Positions 14,458-24,900 of a stretch of DNA of 64,000 nucleotides are shown here, one piece after another (the stretch's first letter is position 1; each line of letters opens with the position of its first letter). Source of the stretch: the human T2T-CHM13v2.0 reference genome, Homo sapiens; assembly GCF_009914755.1 (NCBI RefSeq), contig NC_060932.1; one strand, 5' to 3'. The translations under genes and the position numbers were made by a program. Below the pieces are notes generated by a model. The model saw only the letters and a program-made list of their open reading frames with translations, was not told where the DNA came from and ran no database searches.

Positions 14458-15927
14458 TTTAGGGGATGGGGGAAACCCACAACAACAATAGCAAGATTTA
14501 AAACCCTGTGTTTATCAATTATAAGGAGGATGGTAGTCATCCTATTTCCATCTTTCTAGAATGTAGGCACTGGTAATTATGCTGAATATCTAGCCTTAGG
14601 CCCCTAAACTTTAGGTGGAAACTGCTTTTCAATTCCTTGGCCTGTGACTTTTTCTTATTAACCCAAAGTTAAATTGTTCTTTTGGACCTTAAAAATTCTA
14701 GCGGTAAAATATAATTATTGGTTTGAGAAATTGTATTCAGACAGAACCATGTTGAAGGTCCCTGTGCTTGGTGATGCTGCTCTCCTCTTCCAGGTTATGT
14801 GCCTACCAGAAATCAGGTATTGCATATGAGAGATGAGATCTCTAACTAATCTTTGGTCATGGACTCAACCATATGCTAGCAAAAGAGACCCCCTTAATTG
14901 ATAATTTTAACAGAATCCCAAGAAGTTGGTGAAGATCATTTAAGAGATTCAACACAGAAAATAATAATGGCATGACCACCACAATAAAAATATAATGTTT
15001 TATTTATAGAATAAATTAGACAAAGTACTTTCACAGACATTAATTCATGTAATTCCAGTCCTTGTAATTTTCACATCAACTGTATGTATGAAGAAATATG
15101 ATCCAATTAAATAATGTCTACATACAGGTAATAAATGGCTGAGGTAGGCATGAACCCAGTGCTTCTGATAAAAATTCAGTGTTCTTTCAGCCATAGCACA
15201 CTGTATCCATAACTCATTCTGAAACTTACTATTCATAATCTTCAATTTTCTAGTTTGGAATTAAAAGTCCTTTATGATTTTCTTTCCATTAATATTGCAT
15301 TATCAATAAGCATAAGTCCTTTCTTATAGGTTCCAGTTGTGCATCCAACAAACACTGAAGTTGCAGCCCCACAGCTGCCTTGGTGACACCTTTCCTCCTC
15401 CTCTCACAATGCCTATCCCCTTTACTCCAACCCAGTCCCTGGAGACCCTGGATCCCTCTGCCTTCCTGGATCCAATCTTCACCCCAAGTAGGTTTCTCCC
15501 TTTCCAATGTAAGTATTCAACTGTGATTCTAGATTCTTTCAGTCCTGATATTTTCTATAATTTATCCAGTCAACATAATAAAGAGATAGAAGCTAAGTCC
15601 TGAAAAGTTGAAATTCTTTTAGATTTTGGTAATAGGAGTAAAAGGTCGTTTGGGAGAACAGCTTGAGAATACACATATAGTGATAATTTTGTCCTGATGT
15701 ATTTTTATTTTTTATCTTCTGCCCTGAACCCTAGGTAAATTGAGCTTCTCCCTTTTCCTTACAAAGTTCCTATGAATGTCCCTCATATGCCCTATGGTTT
15801 CCTTTCTGAAATGAACTTACCTCATTCTGCCTGGAAGGACTTCTTCCTTACTTATAACTCCACAAACGTATCCAAATACTCACTGTTTAAGCACAGTTCA
15901 CATTCGCTTCCTTTTCTGTAAAGTTCT

Positions 15928-16280
15928 TGCAATAGTCTGAATGTTTGTATTCTTCCAAAATTCACGTTGAAATCTATTTCCCAGTATATATTAAGAGGTG
16001 GGGCCTTTGGGAGGTAATTAGGTCATAAGGGTGGAGCTCTCATGCATGGAATTAGTGTCCTTATAAAAGAGGCCTAAGGAAGCTTGCTTGCCCACCCTTC
16101 CATGTGAGGACATACAGAAGGCACTCTCTATAAGGAACAGATCCTCACTGGACACCAAATCTGCTGCCACCTTGATTTAGACTTCCCAGTCTACGGAACT
16201 GTGAGCAATAAATTTCTGTTGTTGATAAATTACCCAGTCTAAGGTATTTTGTTATAGGGCAGCCTGAATGGACTAAGACA
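15928..16280 (+). mobile_element. Complete MLT1A-type solo LTR
   Basis: 'tgcaatagtctgaatgtttgt...gactaagaca'; aataaa signal; 5-bp flanks gttct/gtttt. Confidence 0.9.
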
Positions 16281-16451
16281 GTTTTCTCCATGCTTTTAAA
16301 TGAAAAGCAATTGCTTCTTTTACTTTTCAGCTTCATTTTTTATCTTTTTCTGCTTTCTACCCTTGTTTACTTTCTCACTGTTATTTACTTTCCTCTTCTA
16401 GATAAAAAGGCAACAACATATCTGTTGCTTCCTTTGTATCTAATTCAAGGC
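16046..16451 (+). repeat. Copy B (probable source) of the 406-bp duplication
   Basis: Contiguous with the intact MLT1A LTR; matches 12810-13215. Confidence 0.95.
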
Positions 16452-16849
16452 ATTGACACTTTACAGGATATTTTGAAATCATTCCTGCCTCATTGCCTGC
16501 CTGGTTAATAAAGGTGGGAATAGGGAAGTTATTGCCAAGGTTAAGGGCAGGAAAAAATAAAAATTGGTTATGCAGTCAGAAAGCTGAGCAGTTTTCCTGG
16601 CTCGATGGCCTAGTGATTACAAATTTCTACTCTGATGGTTTTAAATTTTTTTTTATTATGGTCTCAAATATTTACCATTTTTATTTATCTGCTTTCAGCA
16701 GTTTTTTCTTTATGAGCAAGAAGGGCATTTTGATCATGTTATCCAGCCAACACAATCCTTCTCCTCTTCCCCACATATACTTTTTCCATATCAACAATAT
16801 CAAATCACTTTTCTTGGGACCTCAATGAGTTAAGAGGTTTTATCATTTT

Positions 16850-18200
16850 TTAAAAAATTGCTTCTTAAGACCTATATTTTTATTACAATTTACTTGTTTT
16901 TTCTGTAATACACCATTCAGTAGTTTCTTAAATACTCCATGGGTAGTAAACTTTTAGATCTTGCATGTCTGAAAATGTCTTGAAATTTCCCTCCCCTTTG
17001 AATAATGACTGAGCTATCCATTACTGTTCCATTCAATTTGAAGAGGTTACTCCTTTGTTTTTTGGCCATCATTGTTGCTGGTGGATTCCCAATGTCTTTG
17101 CCATTAATATGTAATGTTTCCTTTATTTCTGCAAACTCTTAAGTTCTTTTATTTTTGCTTGATATTCAGCTCTTAAATTCCCACTTAATGTAAGCGCAGC
17201 AAAATGACTATTGTCCACCAGAGACTCATAGCTATTCTATTTTTAGTAAGGTGTCCTGCCACTTTCTCTTTGAAAATTTATTCCCTTCTATTTCTTCTTT
17301 TCTCGACATATTCATTCTTTTCTCTTAGATGAATATTGAGCTTCTCAATCTATTTTCCATGTCTCCTAAATTGTCTTTGATAGTTTTGAATCTTTTTTTT
17401 CTAAGTTCTGTTTTAAATTCTGGACCTTACTTTCAAGTAACCAAATTATCCCTTTATGTCCAATTTTGATTAAATATCTCTATGTTCTTAAATTATGTAA
17501 AATCTTGTTTTCCCCATGCAATACCATTTTGTTTAGAAAAACATTGTTTTCTCTTTCCTTAAAGTTTTAAAATATATTGCTTTAAAGTCATTTTTAAGCT
17601 AGCTCACCTATCATAACCTCCTTATAGGTGTAATCTTACCGTTTTACTTTCAGTTGGTTAGCTATCTTTCATGGCATGTATTTTCTTCATGTACTTTACA
17701 ATTTTTGTAAACTCATCAGGAAGGGAGATATTTCCCTCGATTCCCTCCCTCCCTTCCTTCCTCAACCCCTTCTGTCTCCTGGCTTTTCAGTTTATTTCAC
17801 CCAGGACACTCTGGGATTTCCAGTATAATACTAGATTTTATATTGGAGACCTGAAAGTCCCAGCCAGCAGATAGCTTGCTTGGGTTTCTGGTTGATGATT
17901 ATTTCTGTGTCATTGAGCCATCCCTGGGTTTTATAGATATACAGTATTTTTTTCTCTTTTCCAGCCTTGATTTAATATTGGAGCACTTAATTTTGGCTCA
18001 TCTCACACAGTGAGCCTGGTTTCAAGAACAGGGTATTTCCTACTCTTTCCAGCCTCTTTTGCCTCCTTCTGATGCTGGGAACTTAATAGGTTGTGGTGTT
18101 TTTAATCTCCTGTTTGTCAATCCATTTTGAGTCTATTTCAGTTCATAAGACTGTTTTTTCTTGAATTGATCATAGTTATGTCTTTTAAAGTACATTTTAC
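16850..18200 (-). mobile_element. Highly decayed L1M 5'/ORF1 region
   Basis: T-rich with 'ttgcatgtctgaaaatgtctt' and 'ttggccatcattgttgctg' typical of old antisense L1; boundaries vague. Confidence 0.45.
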
Positions 18201-18234
18201 AGTGTATTTTATATCATACTCACAAATAGTTTCC

Positions 18235-20086
18235 AAATTCTGGAGAAGCCAGGCAGAGAGAAACAAATATGCTCCAAATTTTGTTCACAGGAGTATACCT
18301 TACTCCACTGCTAAAGAGTATAAATAGCTCAAAATAAGTTTCCTTGACTCTGAAAAACAGAACAAGGATCAGCAACATTTTAAGCAAAAAGCTTAAAAGA
18401 TTACTTCAGTTTTCTATTAGTTCAGTCCACTCCATTAACTCTAGTTCTGCTTGATATTCATGAACATTTCAGCTCTTCATGAGTCCTGTACATTTTTCCT
18501 CTATTCCAATGTTACAATCATCAAAGATATCAGAAACCTACCTTTAAGAGCACCTGTCAAAGTCTTATAGCTGATTATAAACCAACCTTTGAAAAGGATC
18601 TAAGACAACAATTGCGAATGACAAAATATCCAATGTAGTTACAGTCAAAAACACAATTGACAAATAAATTTTTTTATTCTTGTAGTTTACAGTAGCTTAA
18701 CATAATAACCTTCCCCCAAGCTCAATTTTAAGCCATGCAGTTTAAGTTTTGGGGAAATTAACTTTTCCCAGTCTGGGGGATTCATCCAAGGGGAGTGTCT
18801 GTGGTACAGGGACACAGTTACCCATCTGTGAAGAGAGGACAGAGGAGGAAAAAGGAGAAAGAAGCCATTTTTTCCCTCAAAGGAATCCCAGTGATTCAGG
18901 AGGCATTCAAGAGAAATACAGACTGAAGATTATTGTTACCCACCTAGAAAGAGGGGAACAAGCTGTCCCTAGTTACTTTATCTTCCCAGTGAATACCAGG
19001 GGTATGTGAGGGAGAGAAAGAAGAAATGTCCATCTTCCTTTATTTTATTCTTATATCCCTAAGTCCCAGAGGCCTCAGCAGAGTACTGCCCATGGGTGCC
19101 AATGCAGCTTTTCACTCATGTTAACAGGGGGTCTGGAGGGTGAGAATTATCCACATTTACCCACACACTGTCTTTCCCCTGCTGCTCGTAACCTTTGAGT
19201 TCCTTAGACCTTGTCTATGCCATGGATACTAGCATGACCCCTACCCACGTAATGGGGGGAGGGCTAATTGGCAGAAATTAGTCATGCTCACCTGTGCTGT
19301 GCCCCTTTTCTTCCATTGTTGCCTGCCTCTGGATCCCTCAGATCTAATTTTTCTTTTTAGGGCTTCAAGCCAAAGGTAGGAGTTGTGTTTGGGACAAAAA
19401 TGTGCTTCAGGAGGGTTCATGGACTCATTAAGTCCCAAGTGGCCCTCCTCAAACAACGGAGAGAAAAGGGAGTCCTATGAATCGGGGTCCTGGCCTTGCA
19501 AGACACCTTCCAAAAGGAAAAGAAAAGTCACTCACATAGAAAAATTCCCTGTATTCACAGGGCTATGTGTTAACTCCTGACATAGCTACAAAAAGGGGGG
19601 GGAAAAACAACAGCTACAGTGCAGGGTGGGGAAGCTGCCTGGGGGAGAAAATATATAGCATTATGCAAATAGTTTCTTCCAACAGGGAGAGAAACTCTTA
19701 ACTGTTGTACCCTCCTTTTGGCTTGGCTGGGGGAGGAAAGACTCTGGGCATGTGGTGCGAGGAGACAGTGAGCGAGAATTGCTAGCCAGCTGGCCACGCC
19801 GGGGCCTTGATCCCTGAGACTGCCCTGGGGCATGGGCAGCTACCAGTGTGCATTCCCACCCAGCGTGGTCATTGGACGCAGCATGCACATGTAGCAGACA
19901 TGGGGAGCAGATGGCAGTCTCTGCAGCTGTACCATTCATTCTTAATTGGCTAACAGAGACCTGGTGCTCCATTTGTTTTCAGAAAAAGTCTGAGAGGAAG
20001 GCTCGGAAATGAAAAAGTGAAAGAGGTTTCTTCTTGGGTCTGCATTTTACTCACCTTTTCTTAGGTCCCCATATGGGCCACCAAAA
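18235..20086 (-). mobile_element. ERV1 (MER4-group) internal sequence, non-coding, 3'-truncated
   Basis: Adjoins PBS and LTR; gag-like relic on minus strand ('cttgaatgcctcctgaatcactgggattccttt', LECLLNHWDSF); MER4-group internal motifs at 18240-18700. Confidence 0.75.
20066..20083 (-). promoter_or_regulatory. Retroviral primer-binding site, tRNA-Ile
   Basis: Minus strand TGGTGGCCCATATGGGGA vs tRNA-Ile(AAU) complement TGGTGGCCCGTACGGGGA (two CpG transitions), 3 nt from the LTR end; splice donor AAG/GTGAGTA just downstream (about 20048-20057). Confidence 0.85.
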
Positions 20087-20543
20087 TGATACAAGATTTT
20101 TCTCCTTAGCTCAGCTAGTTCCGGGTTCTTGTCTCACAACCAGGAAGAATTAGGCATGCAGACACTTGAAGAGTGAATGGAATAGAATTTATTAAGTGAA
20201 ACGAAGACAAGGTCTAAGGAAACGAAAGATCTTAGCAAAGAGAGGAGTCCTAAAAGCAGGCTGCCGGTTGCCCCCTTACCAGCTGAATACCAGGGCTTTT
20301 ATATATAAGCTGATGGGACTAGGTTCCCTATTTGTATAAAGTTTGAATTCCTGGTCACTCTACCCCATTCCCCTAGGGCTCATGTGAGCCCTTAGTCTGC
20401 TGCAGGCATGTTTAGGTAAGCCCGTTGTGCAAGAACCCTTATCTGCAAAAAATATCTGGTGTAAGCACTTGTGGGGTAGTTGGAGGTTCTCGGGGGACCC
20501 TTTCCTTACTGTCTGCCTAAAGCAAGCTGGCTAATTCCTTTCA
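20087..20543 (-). mobile_element. ERV1 5' LTR (MER61-like)
   Basis: Reverse complement starts 'tgaaaggaattagccagcttgctttaggcagacagtaaggaaagggtcccc' and ends '...tatca' next to the PBS. Confidence 0.75.
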
Positions 20544-20601
20544 ATGTGAAGGGCTCAGGACATACCACCCAAAAATATGACTGTAGGAGAACAAAAACTA
20601 T

Positions 20602-21595
20602 TATAGGAGAGAAGGAAGACTTTCTCTCTACCCTCTGAAGGCTTAATAGTTGAGTCTATAAAATAAATTGACAGTGAAAGATTAACAGGAGAAAAACCAT
20701 GTTAATTATATGCAAATACCTGGGAGTCCCGCAAAATATGAAACTCAAAGAAGAGCCAGACGATTGAAGTTTTTACAACATGCTGAGCTGCAGACAGGAA
20801 TAGGGCTTGGGGCTTTGGCGGGAAAGTGGCAATGGGTTATGGGAGGGTGCTGGGAGGAAATGCACAGCAAACAAAAGTTGTTTTGTTATGTAGATAAAAA
20901 ATCTCTCAGGTAATAAAAGTTGTCTGGGTGAAGCCCTCAGAAGAACAGGTGATGCTGTTGACAATCTGTGTGTCAACCTTTAGTCTCCTCTGCTATGATA
21001 CAGTTAGTCTTTCCTAGTTGATGAGAGTCCTAGAAAGGGGGTACAAGACATTGAATTCCTTTAGGAAGTGATATGGTTTGGCTGTGTCCTCATCGAAATC
21101 TCACCTTGAGTTATAATAATCCCCACTTGTCAAGGGCAGGGCCAGGTGGAGGTAATTGAATCATGGGGGAAGTTTCCCCCATACTGTTCTCGTTGTGGTG
21201 AATAAGTCTCAGAAGATCTGATGGTTTTTCCCCTGCACAAGCTCTCTTGCCTGCTGCCATGTACGATGTGTCTTGCTTCCCCTTTACCTTCAACCATGAT
21301 TGTGCAGCCTCTCCAGCTATGTGGAACCGTGAGTAAATTTAACCTCTTTTCTTTATAAATTACCCAATCTCAGGTATGTCTTTATTAGCAGCATGAGAAC
21401 AGATGATACAGGAGGAAATCTGTCTTTAGACAGATAAGGGAACTTCATAGGAATCCCCTTTTTTTCACTTTTGGGTAGAAAGAGGAACAAGAGTCAATAG
21501 CACAAGAGGTCAGAGGACCTTGGTTCATTTTTAGTTCAAAGCACTCATCATGTCAAAGCACCATACTTTGGAGTACCATTTTCTGAGTCTTAACA
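20602..21595 (-). mobile_element. MER31/MER39-group LTR nested in opposite orientation, itself split by THE1
   Basis: Reverse complement starts 'tgttaagactcagaaaatggtactccaaagtatggtgctttgacatg'; flanks ctat/gtat. Confidence 0.75.
21069..21410 (+). mobile_element. THE1 (MaLR) solo LTR
   Basis: 'tgatatggtttggctgtgtcc...ataaattacccaatctcaggtatgtctttattagcagcatgagaacaga'; 5-bp flanks ggaag/ggagg. Confidence 0.92.
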
Positions 21596-22469
21596 GTATG
21601 TCACCCAAATATGCCTCTTTGGCATAGAGATTATTTTGAGCTGATTGTTTTGACAAAGTGTAAACATAGGAGTTCTGAAAACAATGGAAGTTACCCTTTT
21701 TGACTGAAATTTTCATTTATAAAGAAAATCTCCATTTGTGAGGGTCTCTCTCTTTTTCTTGCTCTCTGTACCAGAAAGAGAGGGATATGACTAAATCATA
21801 GAAACTCTTACTAGAGATGGAATTTACATCAATCTGCATAACAAAGCTTATTCTTGTTTGTCCAGACCACCTCATCATAACTTAGGCTTTTCCTTACATC
21901 CTTATTTTTTTGTTTGTTTCAGAGAAGAATATTGTTTAATCCTGAAGTCTAAGACAACTCTCTGAGATCTGCTCAAGTGATTTGCTCATTTATCTGGGTT
22001 AGCTCCCATTTATACAGAAGATACACATGTTATTAAACTTCTGTTTGTTTTTCTCTTGTTAATTTGTTTTCTTACAAATTAGCAAAAGACCCAGAACTCA
22101 TGAAAGGTAGAAGAGATTATTTTTCCCCCTCTACACATCTTGGTATCTCACTAAATCTTATCTAAAAAATCCCGGAGAAAAAATCCAGTGGAGTCCACCA
22201 GTTACATTCAATATCATGTCTGAACTTGAGCAAAGTTCTTATTTTCTATCACCTTGACATCAGTGCCTTGAATTTGAGTCAGGCATCATCCCTGGTACAA
22301 TCTTCTGGAGCCAGAGGACCCCTGCTATGTTGTTTGAAATCAGGATACTTAGGTGTCAGGAGCCTCACAAGTGCCTTGTGAGAGCAGATAATTGAAGTTT
22401 TATAACTAGGACCATAGGGTTTTTAGATTTCTTTGTTCAGCATAAATGAAAGATTGCATTACTGTTTGA

Positions 22470-23357
22470 TAGATGGTCCCTGACTTAAGATGGTTCAGCT
22501 TATGAGTTTCTGATTTTATGATTGTAACCAAGTCCAAAATTCATAATGCTCACTGCAAAATAGACAATAAGTTTAGAGACAAAGTGTTTGGGGCAAAGAA
22601 AGTGACTTTTACTCAGCCCACAAATTGAGAAGATGGTGGACCAGTGTCCTAAAAAAACATTGTAATGTGAATTTTAGGCTTCTTTTATGTCACCGGAAGG
22701 GGAAAAAGGAGTGGGGTTGAATTTTAGGCCTCTTTTGTTACTGGAAGGGGAAAGAGGAGTGGGGTTGAGGTCAAGAGACAGCCAATGAGCACAGACATTT
22801 GGGTGGCAGTGAGGGTCTATGGAGTTTATGAAACTTCCTTTTCCTTGGTCAGGTCACAGAGCTCCTATAAATCTTTAACATAATATTGTCACTTGTGTGT
22901 GTACACTCCTTGTCTCCTCAGGGGTTAGTTTTGGGAAGATACTATTATCATCCTTGCCTTAAAGTTAAACTATAGGCTGAATTCCTCCAGTAGTTAGCTT
23001 GGCCTATATGCAGAGATCAGGAAAAGCAGTTAACCTAAATGGCATAAGGAGTAAGGGGGTTAAGAGCAAAATGGAGTTAGTCATGCTAGGCCTCCTTTTC
23101 ACTGCCATGAGATGATGCAAAAGCAATACAAATTTAGTAAAAACCATACTTCAAGTACCCATACATCCATTCTATTTTTCACTTTCAGTATAGTATTCAA
23201 TAAATTGGGTGAGCTATTCAACACTTTATTATAAAGTAGGCCTTGTGATAGATGATTTTGTCAAACTGTAGGTTAATGTAAGTGTTCTGAATATGTTTAA
23301 GGTAGGCGAAGCTAAATTATCAGGATGTCACCCCATTGAACACTGAGGAACATCTGT
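22470..23357 (-). mobile_element. MER47A MITE (22470-22522 and ~23110-23357), split by an LTR
   Basis: 'agatggtccctgacttaagatggttc' resumes as 'gcaaaagcaatac...cttcaagtacccatacatccattct' and ends 'ctgaggaacatctgta'. Confidence 0.85.
22523..23108 (-). mobile_element. ERV1 MER4-group solo LTR (MER66/MER73-like)
   Basis: Reverse complement begins 'ggcagtgaaaaggaggcctagcatgactaactccattttgctcttaacccc'; other end 'tgtaacc'. Confidence 0.7.
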
Positions 23358-24379
23358 AATCTGCTATTCATTTGTAACAAGTTTAATCAGATGCCCCTTC
23401 CTTAGTGTGCCCTAGTTCATCCACAGAGAGAACACCAGGGAAGCCACAGCACAGCAAGTCTGGCTGCATTCATGAGAGGGATGGGCTGGTGACAGAGTAG
23501 CTGCTGCCCTGGGAGATTCATATTTCACTACAGTTCATGATTCCCATCTGCTATAAAAATATATGATGAGAGACAATTCATATTTTAGATGGTTTAGATA
23601 AAGTTAGAATTAGAGACTTTCTAATATAGATTTTAGATTATCCCATGTTTTAGAGTGGAAAGAATACCTAGAACTTGGAAAGATTTATAAAAGAATTATC
23701 CAACTACATGATACTCAAGAAACAGGTTATGTTGCAAACGCTAATTCTCTTCTCCCATGGATTTAGCTAGAAAAATCTGGGTTCAATTTATTGATGACAG
23801 AAGTTTGGGAAAAAAATCATCAAAATGAAATTCACATTTGTGTAATGAACAGTCCATTTATTTGAGTGAGTCAATATAAAAATATTTACAGTATGTCTTC
23901 ATAGATCAATTTTGATTCAAAATACAGATGGAAATATTGGCAACTTTAAATTGTGTATACAGGCAGTAGGCAGCAATGAGAATTATGTGAATATTTTAGA
24001 GAAGTAGCTATTGTGTATGTGTATGTCTGTTTTGTTCACTGCTATAATTACGTTACCTAAAGGAATTCATGAGATATGCAACATTCCTTTCCCAACAACT
24101 ACCTCACCTCCAGCTGCAGCTTTCCTGTATTGTTGCATACGGGTGGTTGGGTGTGATTTTTGCAGCCAAGATCCCATCCCACATTTACCAAGAGCACTGA
24201 ATCCTGCTTAACTGACTGTAGGTGCTGATGCTGCCCCTTTTCTTCTCTTACATCATTTCGTACCATTCTCCTCGTGGACCTGACCAGCAATCACAATGAC
24301 CTTCAAGCTCTTCCTCTAACATGTCAACTAGATTCCAGTCTTGCTTTTCTTCATCACTTGCTGTTTCTCCTGACTGATG

Positions 24380-24675
24380 TGGGCTCCACACAGACCTATT
24401 TATTCAGGTCCTGTTCCTTCATTTCAAGTGTCACCTCATCAGAGAGACCTTTCATGACCCCAACCCTGTTACACTCCTTCTCTTTACCACACTTTTTTCT
24501 CAAAGTATCGTCACTTATTATTGATTTCACTCCATGCTCCTGGATCTCCCCGCTGCTAGAATACTAGCTCCATGAGGTCAGGGATCTTGTCTGTTTTGTT
24601 CACTGCTATAATTCCAGCACTGAGGACAGTGCCCAAAACACATATAATTACCAAATCATTGAACAAATTAATGGC
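24380..24675 (+). mobile_element. L2 3' end
   Basis: 'gtcacctcatcagagagacctt', 'gctccatgaggtcagggatcttgtctgttttgttcactgct...cagtgcc'. Confidence 0.75.
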
Positions 24676-24719
24676 AAGTGTATGAGGCACATTAGGAAAA
24701 TTAAAAATTTAAAAATTAG

Positions 24720-24900
24720 GAATAATAGCTAATTTTTATTGAGTGTGTCCCATGGCCGGTATTTTTGTAAACACTTTATATGTATTAACTCATTTAATCC
24801 TGACAGCATCAGAGAGGTTGGGTACTCAGTGCCACACAAGCTGTAAGTAGCAGGGGGAGGAAATTAACCAGGAAGTCTTGCTCCAGAACACGTGCTCTTT
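24720..24900 (-). mobile_element. MIR
   Basis: 'aataatagctaatttttattgagtg...actttatatgtattaactcatttaatcct'. Confidence 0.75.

Larger units (their letters stand above)
20547..22135 (+). mobile_element. MER34-group LTR (pieces 20547-20601 and 21596-22135), host of a nested LTR
   Basis: 'tgaagggctcaggacataccacccaaaaatatgactgtagga' resumes at 21596 as 'gtatgtcacccaaatatgcctctttggcatagagattattttgagctga'; ends 'ccccctctaca'. Confidence 0.8.

Noticed and set aside
12909-16336. Two near-identical 63-aa ORFs suggesting a paralogous gene pair
   Set aside because: Both lie in the duplicated antisense MLT1A segment; similarity reflects the DNA duplication.
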